A stretch of 64,000 nucleotides of DNA from an uncultured delta proteobacterium (GCA_963775425.1 CAVZJB010000005.1:320001-384000), one strand, 5' to 3'; shown: positions 46,955 to 57,104, counted from the stretch's first letter. The notes: generated by a model from the sequence alone, not told the origin. Program-made: numbers and translations.

Positions 46955-47647
46955 TCAGCGCGGCCGGCCGCGCACCTCGTCGAGGATGGCCTGAAAGCCG
47001 CCTCGGGACTGCACCTTCAAGCGCGGCACCGCCGACAGCACGCCCGGCGCGAGCGCGTATTGCTCGCAGACGATGCTCAGCCGCGCGCGCGAGGCGCGCA
47101 CCGTCTCCACCTCGTGGCCGAGCCGGCCGGCGAACAGGACGAAGCGCCCGCCGCGCGGCACGATCGCCTCGACGGCGTCGCCCGGCGGGCCGCGGCCGGC
47201 GCCGTCGTCGAACAGGAGCAGCCGGCCGCCCTCGAGGTCTTCGGGGACGTCGAGGTAGAGGACGGCGACCGCCTCGGGGACGACGGAGCCGTTCGGGGGC
47301 CCGAGGGTGGCGTCGACGTGGCGGCCGACGCCGGCGCCGGCGGGAACCGACAGGACGTTCAGGTACAGCGCGTTCGGCACCGGAGGCCCGCCGAGGAGCG
47401 GCCGGCGCTGCACCTCGCGCGCGGGGTGGGCGTCGAGGGCGAGCGCGAGGAAGGGCGCGACGAACGGGAAGCGCGCCTCGACGTCGGCGCGCGCGCTCCG
47501 GTGGAACGTCACGGCGAAGCCGCGCGTCGCGAGGAACGTGCCGCCGAGGGGGCTGTCGCTCATGAGCTTCGACGACAACACGCCGTCGCGCAGGGCCTCG
47601 AGGGCCCCGCCGGAGACGGCGTCGTCGACGATCACGACCGCGGGCAC
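46955..47647 (-). CDS. 2OG-Fe(II) oxygenase
   Basis: HVD (HxD), VLYL, GGRL, HEV, RLS; start is approximate. Confidence 0.8.
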   Translation of the reverse strand: MPAVVIVDDAVSGGALEALRDGVLSSKLMSDSPLGGTFLATRGFAVTFHRSARADVEARFPFVAPFLALALDAHPAREVQRRPLLGGPPVPNALYLNVLSVPAGAGVGRHVDATLGPPNGSVVPEAVAVLYLDVPEDLEGGRLLLFDDGAGRGPPGDAVEAIVPRGGRFVLFAGRLGHEVETVRASRARLSIVCEQYALAPGVLSAVPRLKVQSRGGFQAILDEVRGRPR

Positions 47648-47691
47648 GCGCGAATGTTCCGGGATCCGCCCGCGTTCGGCAAACTGTCCAC

Positions 47692-48534
47692 ATGCGCCCT
47701 CGTCCTCCGGCCCCCTCCAGGTGGGGCGCGCCCCCATGGCGCGCGCGGCCGAGGCCCCGCTCGAGCGACGCCTCGCGGCCGCGTCGCGCGCTGTTCGCGC
47801 TCGCGGCGATCGCCGTCGCCTTCGCCGCCGCCGGCGCCGGGGCGGCGCACGCGGAGCCGGAGCGGGTGGCCGCGGCGCGCGCGCGCAAGATGACGGCGGT
47901 GCGCGCGATGTTCGACGCGGCGCACCTCGCGTACCCGCCGAAGGAGCTGTTCCTGCGCGCGTTCAAGAAAGAGGGCGTCGTCGAGCTGTGGGGCGGCGAC
48001 GGCAAGGATCCGCTGGTCCTCGTGAAGAGCTACGCCGTGTGCGCCTCGTCGGGGGAGCTCGGGCCCAAGCACAAGCAGGGCGACCTCCAGGTCCCCGAGG
48101 GCTTCTACGCCATCGACGCGGTCAACCCCTGGTCGAGCTTCCACCTGTCGCTCCACGTCGACTACCCGAACGCCGCCGACCGCGCGCGCGGCCGTCGAGA
48201 GGACACCCGACACCTCGGCGGCGCCATCATGGTCCACGGCGACTGCGTCACCATCGGCTGCATTCCGCTCGAGGACGACCCCATCGAGGAGGTCTACCTC
48301 GCCGTCAGCGACTTTCGCTTCGCCCACGCGCGGCCGCGCAAGGTCCCCATCCACATCTTCCCCGAGCGCCTCGACGACCCCGCCCTCGCCGCGCTCCTCG
48401 CGAGCGACGCCGACGACGACACCAAGCGGGTGTGGGAAGAGCTCGCCGCCGGCTACCGCGCCTTCGAGGACACCCGGCGGGTCCCGCGCGTCACCGTCGA
48501 CAAGGCCGGGCGCTACGTGGTGCACCCGCGCTGA
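47692..48534 (+). CDS. L,D-transpeptidase family protein (YafK/DpaA-like)
   Basis: LRAFKKE, GPKHKQGDLQVPEGFY, DYPN, IMVHGDCVTIGC; start is uncertain. Confidence 0.88.
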   Translation: MRPRPPAPSRWGAPPWRARPRPRSSDASRPRRALFALAAIAVAFAAAGAGAAHAEPERVAAARARKMTAVRAMFDAAHLAYPPKELFLRAFKKEGVVELWGGDGKDPLVLVKSYAVCASSGELGPKHKQGDLQVPEGFYAIDAVNPWSSFHLSLHVDYPNAADRARGRREDTRHLGGAIMVHGDCVTIGCIPLEDDPIEEVYLAVSDFRFAHARPRKVPIHIFPERLDDPALAALLASDADDDTKRVWEELAAGYRAFEDTRRVPRVTVDKAGRYVVHPR

Positions 48535-48589
48535 TCTCCCGCGCGCAGTCTCTCGCACCCGCGGCCGAGGCCGCGGGCACGAGCCGAGC

Positions 48590-49366
48590 TCAAAGCTTCG
48601 TGAAGTCGGGCTTGCGCTTCTCGAAGAACGCCGCGAACGCCTCCGCCGCCTCCGGCGACCCGAGCCGCGAGGCGAACATCACCGCCTCGTCGTAGAGCAC
48701 CTTCTTCACCTGCTCCTTCACCGGCGCGCGCAGCAGGCGCTTGCTCTCGCGCAAGGCCGCCGCCGGCAGCGCCGCGAGCCGCTCGGCCTTGGCGCGCGCG
48801 AACGACGCGAGCTCCCCCGCGGGGACCACGCGCGTGACGATGCCGGCGTCGCAGGCGGTGGCGGCGTCGACGGGCTCACCGAGGAGCAGGATCTCGTTGG
48901 CCTTGGCGAAGCCCGCCATGCGCGGCAGCAGGAACGACGAGCCGCCCTCGGGGACGAGGCCGAGCGGCACGAACGGCGCCGTGAGCTTGGCCGTGTCCGC
49001 AGCGTACGCGAGGTCGCAGTGCAGGAGCATGGTCACCCCGATGCCGACGGCGGCGCCGTTGACGGCCGCCACCATGGGCTTTTCGAAGTCGACGATGCCG
49101 AGGAGGAAGCGGAACACCGCGCTGTCCTCGCCCGTGGGCGGGTTCTGCATGAAGTCGAAGAGGTCGTTGCCCGCGGTGAAGGCGCTCCCGTTGGCCTGGA
49201 ACAGCAGGACGCGCACGGCGTCGTCCTTGCCGGCGTCGTCGAGGGCGGCGACGAGGTCCTCGTACATCTGCACGGTGAACGCGTTCTTCTTCTCGGGACG
49301 GTTGAAGGTGACGGTGCAGATGCCGCCGGCCTTCTCGACGAGCACGTGTCGTTCGCTGTCAGCCAT
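48590..49366 (-). CDS. Enoyl-CoA hydratase/isomerase
   Basis: NRPEKKNA, FTAGNDL, AVNGAAVGIG, GLVPEGGSS, EKRKPDF. Confidence 0.95.
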   Translation of the reverse strand: MADSERHVLVEKAGGICTVTFNRPEKKNAFTVQMYEDLVAALDDAGKDDAVRVLLFQANGSAFTAGNDLFDFMQNPPTGEDSAVFRFLLGIVDFEKPMVAAVNGAAVGIGVTMLLHCDLAYAADTAKLTAPFVPLGLVPEGGSSFLLPRMAGFAKANEILLLGEPVDAATACDAGIVTRVVPAGELASFARAKAERLAALPAAALRESKRLLRAPVKEQVKKVLYDEAVMFASRLGSPEAAEAFAAFFEKRKPDFTKL

Positions 49367-50357
49367 GCGGCTCCTCCATGGGGCCCGCCGCCGACGGGCG
49401 CGTTCCCTGTTTGCTCGCCGCCAGCGGCGCGCGGGCCATCAGCTCCGCGGTGAGCGTGTTCACGACGTGGGACGCGCACGCGAGCCCGAACGCGCCCGTG
49501 ACGAACACCGCGGTGCCGTCGATGAGCGTCTTTTCGTCGCAGGCGTGGCTGTTGGCGCGGATGTCGGCGACGAGCTCGTCGCCCTTGGGGCACACGCACG
49601 AGAAGCCCTCGCCGTGGTCGTACGTGAGCTCTTTGGGCCACGCGCGCTTCTCGTCCGACGACACCGCGGTGATGCCCATGGGGCCCTCGCCGGGGAGCCC
49701 GTGCTTGGTGCGGAGGATCTTGCGCATCTCCCGGGCCATGGGGTCGACGATGGTGTCGGCGAGGTCCGCGATGCGCACGCGGGTGGGGTCGAGCTTGCCG
49801 GCGGCGCCCATCGACGACACCACGGGGATGCCGCGGTCGCGGCAGGTGGCGAGCAGGTGGGCCTTGGCGGTGAGGTTGTCGATGCAGTCGACGACGAAGG
49901 ACCAGCGGCCGTCGCCGTTGCCCCAGTGCGCCGGCGCGGTGAGCACGTCGTCGGCGCGCTGGTGGTTGTAGAAGGCGCGCTTGGCCTCCACGCGCGCCTG
50001 CGGGTTGATGAGCCGCAGGCGGTCGCGCAGCACCCAGGCCTTGGGCTTGCCGATGTTGCCCTGGAGCGCCTGGAGCTGGCGGTTGGCGTTGGTGACGCAG
50101 ACGTCGTCGAAGTCGACGAGCATGACGTGGCCCACCGCCGAGCGCGCCAGCGCCTCCGCGGCAAAGCTGCCGACACCGCCGAGGCCGACGACGACGACCT
50201 TGTGGGACATGAGCTGCGCGACGGCGCCGTCGCCGTAGAGGCGGCCGAGCCGGTCGAAGCGCCGGTGGAGCTTGTACGTGGTCTCCTCGGTGGTGTTGTC
50301 GAGCACCGAGGGGCGCACGGCGGGGCCGTGATCGCAGTCGTGTCGTTGGCTGACCAT
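49359..50357 (-). CDS. tcdA: tRNA threonylcarbamoyladenosine dehydratase (ThiF family)
   Basis: VVGLGGVGS, LARS, DFDDVCVTNANRQ, DCID, SSMGAAGKLDPT, DPMA, VTGAFG. Confidence 0.9.
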   Translation of the reverse strand: MVSQRHDCDHGPAVRPSVLDNTTEETTYKLHRRFDRLGRLYGDGAVAQLMSHKVVVVGLGGVGSFAAEALARSAVGHVMLVDFDDVCVTNANRQLQALQGNIGKPKAWVLRDRLRLINPQARVEAKRAFYNHQRADDVLTAPAHWGNGDGRWSFVVDCIDNLTAKAHLLATCRDRGIPVVSSMGAAGKLDPTRVRIADLADTIVDPMAREMRKILRTKHGLPGEGPMGITAVSSDEKRAWPKELTYDHGEGFSCVCPKGDELVADIRANSHACDEKTLIDGTAVFVTGAFGLACASHVVNTLTAELMARAPLAASKQGTRPSAAGPMEEPHG

Positions 50358-50448
50358 CCCGCCGGTCTAGCGGCTCGGAAAGGCCCCGTCAGCACCCGCG
50401 CCGGCCCTCCTGGCCCGGCGACGCCGCGGGCGATCTACCATCGCCGGC

Positions 50449-51000
50449 ATGCATGCCCTCGTCGTCCTCGCGCTCCTCGCCTCCGCACCCGACGCAAGCG
50501 CCGATCGCTGTCCGCGGCCCGACGTCTCGAAGCCGCGCCCCTGGGGCGCGCGGAGCGCGCACGGCGTCACGGCCATCACCATCCGCAGGAGCGCGTGCTT
50601 CGGTACGTGCCCCGTGTACACGTACACGGTGCACGCGGGCGGCGCCGCCGAGTACGAGGGCAAGGCGCACGTCGACCACGTCGGCAGACGCACGGGGACG
50701 GCGCCGGTCACCCTCTTCAACGAGCTCGCCCGCTTCGCCGTCGACAGCGGCTTCATGTGCTTCAACGACGAGTACGCCGTGCCCGTCACCGACTTGCCGA
50801 GCGTGTTCGTCACGGTGACGCGAGACGGGGTGACCAAGACCGTGCGCAACTACGGCGGCGCCGGGCCGTCGGCGCTGTGGGCGTTGGCCGCGCTCGCCGA
50901 CGAGATGCTGCGCCAGACCCGCTTTGACGACGCGGGCGCGGCGCCGTCGCCGGCCTCGCCCCCGCCGCCGAAACTGCGCGTGCCGGCGACCCCCCGATAG
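50449..51000 (+). CDS. Exported hypothetical protein (DUF6438-like)
   Basis: Signal peptide; RSACFGTCPVY and TDLPS motifs. Confidence 0.7.
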   Translation: MHALVVLALLASAPDASADRCPRPDVSKPRPWGARSAHGVTAITIRRSACFGTCPVYTYTVHAGGAAEYEGKAHVDHVGRRTGTAPVTLFNELARFAVDSGFMCFNDEYAVPVTDLPSVFVTVTRDGVTKTVRNYGGAGPSALWALAALADEMLRQTRFDDAGAAPSPASPPPPKLRVPATPR

Positions 51001-51010
51001 GGGCCGACGG

Positions 51011-52852
51011 TCACAGGCGCGCGGGGGCGGCGGCGGGCGCGGCGCTCTCGACGCCGGCTTCGGCCTTGAGGTCCTCCTCGACGGCCTTGAAGCCCTTCTT
51101 CTTCACGCGCACCTTGTACTTGCCGGCGTCGACGTTCTTGAAGCGGTACTGCCCGGACCTGGTGGACTGGACCTCCTGAACGACGTTGCCATCGTCGTCG
51201 ACGAGCTCGATGTCCGCGAACTGCGACGCGCCGCCCTCGGGGAGCTGCACGGAGCCGGTGACCTCGCCGTACTTCGAGCGGGCCACCTCGGCGCTCTCGT
51301 GGGAGAACACGACCTCCTTTTGGTCGCGCACGGCGCCCTTGTCGTCGAGGAGCGCCACCTGGGCGGTGTAGCGCCCGCTCTTGGCGCCCTCGAGCTGCCA
51401 CGACATCGCGCCGTTCTTCGACGCGAGCTCGGCGGTCTTCACGACCTTCTTCTTGTCGTCGAGCACGGTCACCCGCACCTTGGCCTTCATGGCGTCGGGC
51501 GCGAGGTCGCGGAAGCCGACCACGGTGGCACCGTCTTCGAAGTGGGTGCCCACCTCGTCGAGCCAGGCGTCGCCCGCGTAGACCTGCAGCCTCCGCGTGG
51601 TGGTCTGTCCGCCCGCTGTCTCGGCGACGACGTCGACGGTGTGCACGCCGCTGCGGAGCTTCTTGGCGTCGAGCTTGGTGGTCATCTCGGCGCCGCAGGC
51701 GGTGGTGAGCGGGACGTCGTCGACGACCACGGTGAGCTTCTTGACGCCGCCGCCGGCGTTGTCGGCGGCCTTGATGCCGAGCGTGGGATTGCCGTCGACG
51801 TGCGCGCCGTCCTCGAGGCCGGCGACGTCGATGGAGACGCGGTCCATGGAGACGAGGCCGAGCACGGCCCACATGGCCTCGGCCTTGCCGCTGCCGGAGG
51901 CGCCCCAGCTCCCGTCCTTGCCCTGGCGCTCGATGAGCCACGCGGTGCCGCGCCGCACGACGCGGTCGCCGTCGGACTTCCCGGCGAGCCGCAGCGCGTA
52001 GAGGGTCTGTCCGGTCATGAAGGGGTTGCTCGCCGGGGAGCCGTCGAAGCCGAAGCCGCCGTCGGCGTTCTCGCGCTTGGCGACGCTGCGCACGAGCTCG
52101 CCGACGAGCTTGTCGCCGCCGCCGGCGCCGGCGGACACGAGCCCGATGACGGCGTAGTTGGCGTCGTAGAGCGCCGGCAGGGGGCCGTCGCTCATGCGCG
52201 CGGCCTGGGTGCGCACCCAGCGTTCGGCCTTGCGAATGGGGACGAGCCAGCGGTTGTCGGCGGTGCGCTCGAACACCTGACGCCAGGTGACGATGGCCTG
52301 CACCGTCGCCTGCATCTTGCCGTTGGCGACGGGGAAGTTGGTGTAGTCGCCGTTCACCGAGCCGTCGGCCTGCTGAAACGGGAGCAGGCCCTCGGAGGTC
52401 TTTTCGAGCTCCTGGCGCAGCCGGGGCCCGATGCGCTCGTCGTAGTGGGCGAAGGCGGTGCCGCCGAAGCCCTTGGCCGGCTGAGAGAGCGAGCCGCCCT
52501 CGTAGGAGAAGCCGTTGGCCTGATGCACGCCGCCCCTGAGGTCGAGCATGCCCTTGACGATGGCGTCGAGGTCGGCGTCTTTGACGCGGAACTGGTGCGC
52601 GCGCCCGACGGTCATGGCCTCGAGCGTGACGCCCTGCACGTGGCAGCCGTAGCACTGATGATCCGCCTGCCAGGCCTGGGCGGCGCCGGCGAGGTAGTCG
52701 AGCCCCCGCTGGGCGGCCGCGCGGGCCTTGGGATCGCCCGTGAGCGTCGCCGCGGCGCGCTTGGCCGGCCGGGGGTCGGCGCACGCGGGCGCGGTGGGGG
52801 TGGTGGAGGCGAGGAGGGCGGTGAGGAGGAGCGGGGTCATGCGCGCCTTCAA
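51011..52852 (-). CDS. Exported squalene-hopene-cyclase-like (alpha/alpha toroid) protein with CxxCH, Ig-like and carboxypeptidase-regulatory-like domains
   Basis: Signal peptide; CYGCH; QW-type repeats QQADGS, ENADGGF, QGKDGSW; TGQTLYAL; C-terminal GQYRFKNVDAGKYKVRV. Confidence 0.7.
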   Translation of the reverse strand: MKARMTPLLLTALLASTTPTAPACADPRPAKRAAATLTGDPKARAAAQRGLDYLAGAAQAWQADHQCYGCHVQGVTLEAMTVGRAHQFRVKDADLDAIVKGMLDLRGGVHQANGFSYEGGSLSQPAKGFGGTAFAHYDERIGPRLRQELEKTSEGLLPFQQADGSVNGDYTNFPVANGKMQATVQAIVTWRQVFERTADNRWLVPIRKAERWVRTQAARMSDGPLPALYDANYAVIGLVSAGAGGGDKLVGELVRSVAKRENADGGFGFDGSPASNPFMTGQTLYALRLAGKSDGDRVVRRGTAWLIERQGKDGSWGASGSGKAEAMWAVLGLVSMDRVSIDVAGLEDGAHVDGNPTLGIKAADNAGGGVKKLTVVVDDVPLTTACGAEMTTKLDAKKLRSGVHTVDVVAETAGGQTTTRRLQVYAGDAWLDEVGTHFEDGATVVGFRDLAPDAMKAKVRVTVLDDKKKVVKTAELASKNGAMSWQLEGAKSGRYTAQVALLDDKGAVRDQKEVVFSHESAEVARSKYGEVTGSVQLPEGGASQFADIELVDDDGNVVQEVQSTRSGQYRFKNVDAGKYKVRVKKKGFKAVEEDLKAEAGVESAAPAAAPARL

Positions 52853-52879
52853 CGGCCGGGCGCGGCGTTCGATCTGCCC

Positions 52880-52933
52880 GATCGGCGACCGGAGGGAGCG
52901 GCCGCGCTGATCGGCGACCGGAGCGCCGATCAG
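52880..52933 (+). repeat. Tandem copies of the ~29-bp REP-like repeat
   Basis: GATCGGCGACCGGAGGGAGCGGCCGCGCT followed by GATCGGCGACCGGAG; the next GATCA supplies the TatD stop. Confidence 0.75.
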
Positions 52934-53706
52934 GACGGGCCGACGCCGTAGAGCGAGCGCGCCGCAGCGCTCGAGCGGTCGACGACGTCGGCGACGGCCT
53001 CGCCCCGCAGGCGCGCCACCTCGGCGGCGACGGCGGCGAGCGTGGCGAGGGGCACGTCGGGCGCGTCGGTCTCGAGGAGGCAGTCGGCTCCCGCGGCCGA
53101 AGCCGCCACGGCCCGCACCCGGGTGCGGCGCGGGTCGAGCACGGCGGCGCCGACGCTGACGAGGCCCCCGATCTTGCGCGCGGCCTCGGCGACCTCGAGG
53201 CTGCCGGAGAAGCCGTGCCAGACGAAGCGCACGCCGGCGCCGTCGAGCGCCGCGAGCACCCGTTGCGGCGCGCGCACGCCGTGGACGATGAGCGGAAGCC
53301 CGCGTGCGCGCGCGACGTCGATCTGCGCGCGAAAGGCGCGCTCTTGCACGTCGAGGGGCGGCAGGCCCCGCCGCGCATCAAGGCCGCACTCGCCGACGGC
53401 GACCACGCTCCCGGCGCGGGGCCCACGATCGGCTCCATCGAGCAGGCGCGCGAGGGCCGCGAGCTGCTTTTCGAGCCGCGCCTCGTCGACGCGCTCGGGG
53501 TGGATGCCGAACGCGCGGTGAACGCGCGGGCGGCCCGATTGGACCCGCTCGTCGTCGTGTGTCGCTGGCCCGCGCGTCCCGTTGCGAAGAGGATCGGTGC
53601 CGGCGCTGACGACGTCGGTGACGCCTGCGGTGGCGGCATCGGCGAGCGCGCGCGCCGCCTCCTCAGGCGACGCGTACAGCTCGAGGTGACAGAGCGCGTC
53701 GATCAA
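52930..53706 (-). CDS. tatD: TatD family metal-dependent hydrolase/DNase
   Basis: IDALCHL, GIHP, VGECGLD, LIVH, WHGFSG, LETDAP. Confidence 0.85.
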   Translation of the reverse strand: MIDALCHLELYASPEEAARALADAATAGVTDVVSAGTDPLRNGTRGPATHDDERVQSGRPRVHRAFGIHPERVDEARLEKQLAALARLLDGADRGPRAGSVVAVGECGLDARRGLPPLDVQERAFRAQIDVARARGLPLIVHGVRAPQRVLAALDGAGVRFVWHGFSGSLEVAEAARKIGGLVSVGAAVLDPRRTRVRAVAASAAGADCLLETDAPDVPLATLAAVAAEVARLRGEAVADVVDRSSAAARSLYGVGPS

Positions 53707-53761
53707 GCCGGCGCGCGCGACAGGGGCGCGCCCGACGACGATCGCCCGGCGCGTCCCCGGG

Positions 53762-56110
53762 TCATCGGCGGCGACGGCGCAGCAGGGCGAAGAGCGCGAG
53801 CCCGCCGAGGGCGAAGACCGCGTCGTTCGTCGTCGTCGCGCCGCAGTGGCAGCCGGCGGCGGCCGCGGCCGGAGTCGCGGCGCCGGGCGTGCACTCGAAG
53901 CTGATGTCGTACGGCGCGCCGCCGCCCGACGGCGCGACGTGCACGAGGACGTCGCCCTCGCTAAGGCCCGTGGCGCTCACGTCGGTGCTCGCGTCCGACA
54001 GCGCGCTGCCGTCCGCGCCGAGGATCTCCGCCGACGCCGCGTCGGTGCGCAGCGTGACGTGGAGCGTGTCGTTCTTGCGCACGCCGACGACGTAGAAGTC
54101 GTCGTCGAGCGCCACGAGGTCGTCGCGCTCCTGGCCGCAGAAGCTGCGGGTGGCGTTGTCCGGCGCGTTGTTCGGCTCGAGCGAGTCGTCGGTGCCGGGC
54201 GTCGGCGGCGTCTCGCCGTTTCCGCACGTCACCGCGAGGCGGTACGAGACGCTCGTCGCGCCCGACGTCGTCACCTGCGCGAGGACGTTCGGGCCCGGCG
54301 ACGTCACCGTCAGCTCGCCGTCGCCGAGCGCGTCGTCGCTGGAGTCGAGCACCGTGGTGCCGTCCGACGAGAACAGCGACAGCGACAGCGCGGAGCCGGC
54401 GGCGGCCGCGAGGCCCACCTGCACGTCGGTGCCCGCCGGCGCCTCCACCGTGTACCAGTCCTCGTCGCCGGGCGTGGCCACGATGTCGATGGCGGTGCCG
54501 CAGCGCGTGCCGAAGGCGCTCGCGGCGTCGTTGTTCGGCTCGGCGGCGTCGTTGTCGCCGGTGGGCGGATCCGTCGGCGGCGCCGGATCGGTGGTGAGCG
54601 TGATGCTGCGCTCGGGCGTGAGCGAGGTGTTGCCGGCGAGGTCGGTGGCGCGCACCTGGAACGCGCGCGCGCCGACGCCGACGTTCAAGTGCCAGGTGTA
54701 CGTGTTGCCCGTGACCTCGCAGGAGACGTTCGGGTCGCTGAGCGGGCAGCCGAAGGTGTCACCGGAGAACGTCCACAGGAGCTCCACCGCGGCGAGGCCG
54801 TTGTCGTCGGTGGCCTGCGCGCTCACCTCGATGGTGGAGTTGGCGAGGAGCTCGGCGCCGTCGGCGGGCGAGATCATGCTCACCACCGGCGGCGTGTTGT
54901 CGTTGGTGGGCGGCGTGGTGCTCGGGTTGCCGTCGGGGGTGAGGTGGATGGTGCGCTCGGCCGTGGTGGTGGTGTTGTTGCCGCCGTCCTTCACGCGCAC
55001 CGAGAAGGTGCGGTCACCTTCGCCGACGTTCAGCGTCCACGTCGACGTGTTGCCGTTGCGCGTGCACGACACGCCCGCCTGCGACGTGGGGCAGGGGAAG
55101 ATCTCGCCGTTGAAGTTCCAGATCAGGTCGGTGGCGGTGACGGTGCCGTTGTCGGAGGCGCTCGCGGTCACCGTGATCGTCGTGTCGCCCTGAAGCGTCG
55201 CGTCGCTCGCTGGCGCCGTGATCGACGCCGTGGGCGCCGTGACGTCGCTCGGATCGGGCGGCGTCACCGGGCCGGACGGGCCGAGCTTGTCGAGGAGCGT
55301 CTGCACGGAGTCCTGCGACGGCCGCCCGCAGTTGCACTGGCGCGCCTGGAACTCGCCGCACTGGACGGTCTGATCCTGGAAGGTCTTGTTGCCGCAGCCC
55401 GACAGGTACGTCATCGGATCCTGGCAGAGCAGCTCGTGGTCGAGCGAGAACGCGTGCGAGATCTCCTGCGCCGCCACCTCGCAGTTCAGCTCGGCGCTGT
55501 TCCCGAGGACGTCGGAGAAGATGTAGACGACGGCGCGCGGGATGATGTTGCACTGGAAGTTGTCGATGGGGGCGACGCCGCCCACGCCGTTCGGCAGGCC
55601 CACCTGGCCCGGCGTCCCGCCGAAGTGCGCCTCGACGTACTCACCGGCGGCGGGCTCCTGATCGGTGACGGTGACGTTGAACGCGGCGAACTGTTGCTGC
55701 ACGCAGGCCACCGTGGCGTTCCACGTGGCGTCGTTCCCCTGGAAGCCGCCCACCGTCGCCTGGCCGTTGCCGACGACGCTCGAGATGTTCTGCGCCGAGT
55801 TGTCGGCGCCGCCGGAGTACGTGATCTGCCGGCGCTCGAGGTAGACGGGCAGCGGCGCGCCGCCCTTGGTGAACAGCGCCTGCCAACCGGAGAGGCGGTC
55901 GCGCTCCTCGAGCGATTGGACGCCGCCGGAGACCTTCGCCTGCTCGAGCGGCACCTGAAGCATGATCGGCTTCGGCGCGACGTAGGGCTTGTGGCCCGGC
56001 TGAAGCGGCTGGCGCTCCGGTGCGGGCGCCGCCGCGTCCAGGTTCACGGCGGGGCCACAGGCCCCCGCACACGCGGCGAGGAGAAACACGGCGAGTTGCT
56101 TCGCGATCAT
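53762..56110 (-). CDS. Secreted zinc-metallopeptidase-like protein with Ig-like/PPC domains and MYXO-CTERM tail
   Basis: Lipoprotein-like signal; QEISHAFSLDH...DPMTY; two Big-like repeats; two EPNN PPC-like modules; GCHC...LFALLRRRR tail. Confidence 0.8.
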   Translation of the reverse strand: MIAKQLAVFLLAACAGACGPAVNLDAAAPAPERQPLQPGHKPYVAPKPIMLQVPLEQAKVSGGVQSLEERDRLSGWQALFTKGGAPLPVYLERRQITYSGGADNSAQNISSVVGNGQATVGGFQGNDATWNATVACVQQQFAAFNVTVTDQEPAAGEYVEAHFGGTPGQVGLPNGVGGVAPIDNFQCNIIPRAVVYIFSDVLGNSAELNCEVAAQEISHAFSLDHELLCQDPMTYLSGCGNKTFQDQTVQCGEFQARQCNCGRPSQDSVQTLLDKLGPSGPVTPPDPSDVTAPTASITAPASDATLQGDTTITVTASASDNGTVTATDLIWNFNGEIFPCPTSQAGVSCTRNGNTSTWTLNVGEGDRTFSVRVKDGGNNTTTTAERTIHLTPDGNPSTTPPTNDNTPPVVSMISPADGAELLANSTIEVSAQATDDNGLAAVELLWTFSGDTFGCPLSDPNVSCEVTGNTYTWHLNVGVGARAFQVRATDLAGNTSLTPERSITLTTDPAPPTDPPTGDNDAAEPNNDAASAFGTRCGTAIDIVATPGDEDWYTVEAPAGTDVQVGLAAAAGSALSLSLFSSDGTTVLDSSDDALGDGELTVTSPGPNVLAQVTTSGATSVSYRLAVTCGNGETPPTPGTDDSLEPNNAPDNATRSFCGQERDDLVALDDDFYVVGVRKNDTLHVTLRTDAASAEILGADGSALSDASTDVSATGLSEGDVLVHVAPSGGGAPYDISFECTPGAATPAAAAAGCHCGATTTNDAVFALGGLALFALLRRRRR

Positions 56111-56224
56111 CAGTCCTCCACATTCCCCACGCGCATCGTCCGAAGTTTGGAGCCCGATGCGCATCGGGCAGGGTGAGGGTGCGTGTGTGCGTCGTCACCC
56201 CCCGCGGCACATGTGTGACCATGT

Positions 56225-57052
56225 ATGCATCGGGCCTTTGACGACGACGTCGGGCCTGATACCGATGACGTCGTGAAGGCGGTCGGCTGGGTCTTCGTGA
56301 ACACGCTCCAGGCGCTCTGGCTCGGCGCGTTCTCGCTCTTCTGCTTCTTCGTGGTGATGACCACGTACGCCATCACGTGGAACCCCGAGACGGCCATGTC
56401 CACGGCGCGGGTGTTCTACGGGCCCATCAACGTCGCCTTCGGCTTGTCCACGCTGGTGGTCGAGGGCGACGAGAACTTCCCGCGCGACCGCCCCTACATC
56501 CTGATGATGAACCACCAGTCCATGGCCGACATCATGGTTGCCTGGATGATCGCGCCCACGCCGGTGCGGTTCATCGCCAAGCACGTGCTGAGCTACGTCC
56601 CCGTCGTCGGCTGGGTCATGTGGATCTTCGGCATGGTCTCCATCGACCGCGGCGACGCCCACGCCGCCGCCAAGGCGTTGAAGAAGGCGGCCCGCGTGCT
56701 CGCCGGCGGCCGCACGCTGTGCGCGTTCCCGGAAGGCACGCGCACGCGCGACGGCAAGATCGGGCCCTTCAAGAAGGGCGTGTTCCTGCTGGCCATGAAG
56801 GCCAAGGTGCCCATCATCCCCGTCGCCGCGGAGGGCCTCGGTGTGTTCGCTCCGCGCACCGGCTGGCACCCGCGCCCGGTGACGATCCGCGTGAAGGTCG
56901 GCGCGCCCATCCCCACCGTCGACGAGACCGACCGCGCCGCCCTCATCAAGAAGGTGCGCGACGTGATGATCGACATGAACGTCTCCGCCGGCGGGCCGGG
57001 CGGCGACAAGGACCACGCCATCGCCGAGGCCAAGGCGCAGGCCGCCGCGTGA
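56225..57052 (+). CDS. plsC: 1-acyl-sn-glycerol-3-phosphate acyltransferase
   Basis: NHQSMAD (HX4D), FIAK, IDR, FPEGTR, FKKG, PIIPV. Confidence 0.92.
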   Translation: MHRAFDDDVGPDTDDVVKAVGWVFVNTLQALWLGAFSLFCFFVVMTTYAITWNPETAMSTARVFYGPINVAFGLSTLVVEGDENFPRDRPYILMMNHQSMADIMVAWMIAPTPVRFIAKHVLSYVPVVGWVMWIFGMVSIDRGDAHAAAKALKKAARVLAGGRTLCAFPEGTRTRDGKIGPFKKGVFLLAMKAKVPIIPVAAEGLGVFAPRTGWHPRPVTIRVKVGAPIPTVDETDRAALIKKVRDVMIDMNVSAGGPGGDKDHAIAEAKAQAAA

Positions 57053-57104
57053 CGGGCTCCTGTTTCGGATGACCGGCCGCTCATGGGCATGGTAATCCCT
57101 GCTC

